Shown: positions 60,560-64,000 of the stretch, in pieces
Numbering within the stretch: the first letter of the stretch is position 1
Layout: every line of letters begins with the position of its first letter
Source of the DNA: Mytilus californianus
Taxonomy: Eukaryota
Direction: 5' to 3'
DNA length: 64,000 bases
Assembly (NCBI RefSeq): GCF_021869535.1
Contig: NW_026262690.1
Location: forward strand, 86,552,001-86,616,000
Position numbers and translations under genes: made by a program
Notes under the pieces: model-generated
Database searches by the model: none
What the model saw: the letters and a program-made list of their open reading frames with translations, nothing else
What the model was told of the DNA's origin: nothing

Positions 60560-63500
60560 CGAACGATCTTATACAGTACATGCGAATTGCTTATGTTTTT
60601 TATATTAAGTTAGTGTATTCATAGTGGATTTACGAGATCTGAACATCAATGAACTGCTTTCGCCTCCCATTTTTCAAGTCAAAATATTAGGGCACCACGA
60701 CTTTTTTTTAAATTGATAAATTCATTGTATATTAACCAAACATTGTGTATTCAGAGTGTTTTGTAAGGATTGGTAAGGAAAATATGCTTCTTTGCTTGGA
60801 CTTGAATTTTGCACACAATGATAAAGCCTCAGGATAAAGCCAGCAGGTTTGTTTTTTTATGGAAAAATATCCAGTTTCCCATTTAACTTCATATGTAAAT
60901 TTGAAAAGTAATGCATTAACCGACCGATCAAAATGTGTGCATGTTCATGCATGAAATGACAATAGGAAGTACAAACATACTTTTTACTATAGCATTTGTT
61001 TTAACAAAAGCATTTGGTCACTTACTATTTTATATTTGAGATATGACTAAATATCGGTATACTACGTGACTCTTTTATAAAAGTGTTTATTTGATATGTT
61101 AATATTTATGTTACGAAATATTTCATAAACAGCCGAGATGATTTACAGCTCGAAATTATAGATAGAGCTCGATGCTGCGTCTCTTTATGTTTAATCAAAT
61201 ACCTTGTTTAAAAACATGTCTTCTCTTTTTTCCATTCGTTTTTCTCTTCATTTTTAATAGTTTTTTGGAGGGTTTCATTGGTTTTTTTATTCATATAAAC
61301 ACAAAAATAAGCTCAGTATATTTGAATATTAACATAGTGATGTATCTGGCAAAGTATTATGCCTTTAACATCAAACTATAACGTGTATGTCTTTAGATTA
61401 TGTACAAAAACAAGTTTTACGGCAAACAGTTTAGTAGTTTACGGATGTTCAAGTCTCCGTTTTAATCCTATTTAGAAATACAATTCAAATTAAAACAAAA
61501 CTAAGAGAATAACATTAACCCAAAAAGACGCAAGACCAGCTGCTCCGAAAATGTTAGCGTCTCTTGCACATCCAACATGCGAAACCACACTCAGTCAAAA
61601 TATCACAAACAAGAATAGGACACAGTCTTTAACTTTACAGATCAAGCGACCCTCCTTGTATCATAAGATCTAAGAGACCCAGACATATTATATCGGTCGA
61701 CAAATTCTTAATCGTAAAACTTATGTAGTGTCGATATCAGTCGTTCTTCTTCAAAACTCTGCTGGAGCAGTTTTTATGAAAGGAGCACACCCTTGTTAAT
61801 GAAGTCATAATAGCAGATGAGTATGTTACTGCTAAAAATATGAAGTTGGCAACGCAGCGAGAAAATCCCGCACCCGGAGGTGGTCCTCAGCTGTCTTTAA
61901 GGAGGTTAAGTATGAATTCTGCTCTGGAATTCTGTTTTCATGAAGAATACAAAAACAAGTCTGCCAGTAGTGGTGCACTATTAGTACCAAGTGCAATACC
62001 GACTGTTTGTTAATTTAATCCACCAAATTTAACAAATGAGTTGTTTATCAAAAAGTCCATTTTTATTATGATGTTTTCTGTGGTATATTTGTAACCAGAA
62101 TTAACGCAAAATGATACACCCCAGCCTTTGCAAACTATATATGTTTTCGATTTCCTTCTCAATAGTGTTCATTTTTATCAATCAAAATTATTGTGTGGGT
62201 TTTTCGAGTAATTGTGGGTTTTTGAGTTTGCAAAGGGTGAGGTGTATCATTTTGCGTTATTTTACAATATATATATATACTTCCATTATAATATTCGTGT
62301 TAATCTTATTGACTAAAATATGAGAAACGGTTGATCAAAAATTGTATAAAGTTAGAATTTAACCTTCTTTTTTTTTGTTCTTTGGACTTCACCGAAATAC
62401 TTAGGTATCTATGATGAGTTTATTTGGTACAATCAAACATTCATTTAGTTTGAAAATAAAACCTGTTGAATACTCAAATTGCTACCGATTATTTTATGCT
62501 GTCTCCAAAACGACAACGTACTAGTACTCTATTTAGTTAAAAACATTTATTTCAGGCCTCAAGGTTCAGTTTTTTTGGCATGTTTTTTTGCCATTTTTTT
62601 ACCTTCGTGGGCATTTAAACCCCTTTTCCTCCAATCCTGTTCCACTCCTGGGTATATTTTAGGACTTTAATAAATGTTTTCATCATTTACGCCGGTACAA
62701 GATTAGGAACATGACAGTCATTTTTTATTCGTTCTGTTGGTTATTAGTCAAGCATTCGGTTGTGTCAGCTTTTATGGATTTCCCCTTTTTTAATTTACCT
62801 TGGAGTTCGGTATTTTTTGAATACTTCTTTTTATTACACTAGGGTGGCCAGAACATATCTATTGGTATTATATTCATGAAATTCTTTAATCAAACGCAAT
62901 ACATGTCCTTACATAAAGAAATTGAATGTCCATAATCTTTACTATTTTAAGACCATTTATACTTAAACTTTGCAAATCTATTGGTCTCTAAATTTTGAAT
63001 ATTATACTACTTAACTGTCCTTCTTGTTCATACATATTTATACTATTTTTAGAAAATTTAAATAATGGCAGTCTGGTAGATCATGTAGATTGACTGATGG
63101 AAAGAAATATCAATTTCCTTCTACTTTCCTTTTTGATTTTCTGAAAATAATATTGTGGTTGAATAATTGGAAAATACAAATTGATGTACTACAGGATTAC
63201 TGAATCAATACGACATCTGTGTGGTTAAGATCGACACTAACGGTAGGTAAATGTCGACGGATTTTCTCAAATATTGTACAGTTGCTTATCTTTCCTTTAA
63301 AGATTTTTATATCATCATTTAGAGTTTGTATTGTAAATAGATAAAAAGAAATGTGTCCATTTTTAGATAACTTTTAAAAATGAATCACCTATTCTATTTA
63401 AAACACACGATCTGTTTACATTTGGCATGCGCATTTATAACCTTACGTTAACAATGATTTTAAATACTTAATGAGTACTGACACAAGTTGTGTTTATAAC

Positions 63501-63794
63501 ATATAAGAACCTGTCCGACAATAAAGTCCACTGACACAAAGATTTATTGCATGTATAGGCCAATCAAGTTATAAACTTTCAATGATATTGTAAACGTGGT
63601 GAGATAAAAATAGATTTGCGCTTATTGTCAACACACCAAGTTTAATAAAATAAAAAAAATAAAACGTCATCTAATACATATAGTTGGAAATTCCGTGATT
63701 TCTCTCTTTCATGAAGTATGACATGACCTTTACTCTCTGGAAATTTTTGTTTTTATGGCTCTTAAAATTCGTATTTGAGTTGTTCCATAAGGTA

Positions 63795-63975
63795 TAATGA
63801 TTCAAGCACCACTGATGAATCTCTGCAGACAAACAGAGTCTGGCGCGACACATATTAATCCTGGTATATTTGAAGACCTTTTTACAACAACTTGATCGAT
63901 TACACTACTTATGAATGTTTCTCGTCCGTCCCCGAGTGTATCGTCAGCCCAGAAGTATGCCCTTCTGTGTTGACA
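63795..63975. mobile_element. Decayed dual-strand hammerhead repeat (paralog of 45245-45400)
   Basis: gcacca-CTGATGA-atctctgcagac-aaac (+) and gggCTGACGAtacactcggggac (-). Confidence 0.5.
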
Positions 63976-64000
63976 TGAAATATCATTGATACGGTCTTTT

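Overview
AT-rich, intron-containing eukaryotic DNA. The repeat families and the expanded immune gene types point to a bivalve mollusc, most likely a Mytilus mussel (inferred, not proven). Host genes: (i) an intact six-exon TLDc + P-loop IFI44-like gene (46102-54619, +, 467 aa); (ii) the 5' coding part of a RING-less tandem B-box/coiled-coil (TRIM-like) gene running off the left edge (472 to 1, -), which the ORF track missed; (iii) pseudogenic TRIM beta-propeller fragments near 60.2-60.6 kb. The IFI44-like upstream region recurs at 61-64 kb, so a tandem paralog is predicted just beyond the right edge. The most notable structure is a Naiad-type Penelope-like retroelement (GIY-YIG tail - CxC linker - RT; 21.3-22.9 kb plus 31.3-32.5 kb). 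It has in-frame TGA codons at two family-conserved Cys positions and a SECIS-like hairpin in its 3' UTR, so it is probably a selenoprotein-encoding retrotransposon. It is split at a TTAA by a decayed ~8 kb Kolobok DNA transposon carrying a spliced DDE transposase and a convergent P2X7-ballast-like KolX gene. Also present: an IS3EU-like foldback element (TAT..ATA ends, 6-bp TSD), a hAT MITE, Helentron-type HINEs, SINE fragments, minimal hammerhead ribozyme motifs, palindromic MITEs and several local tandem or segmental duplications.
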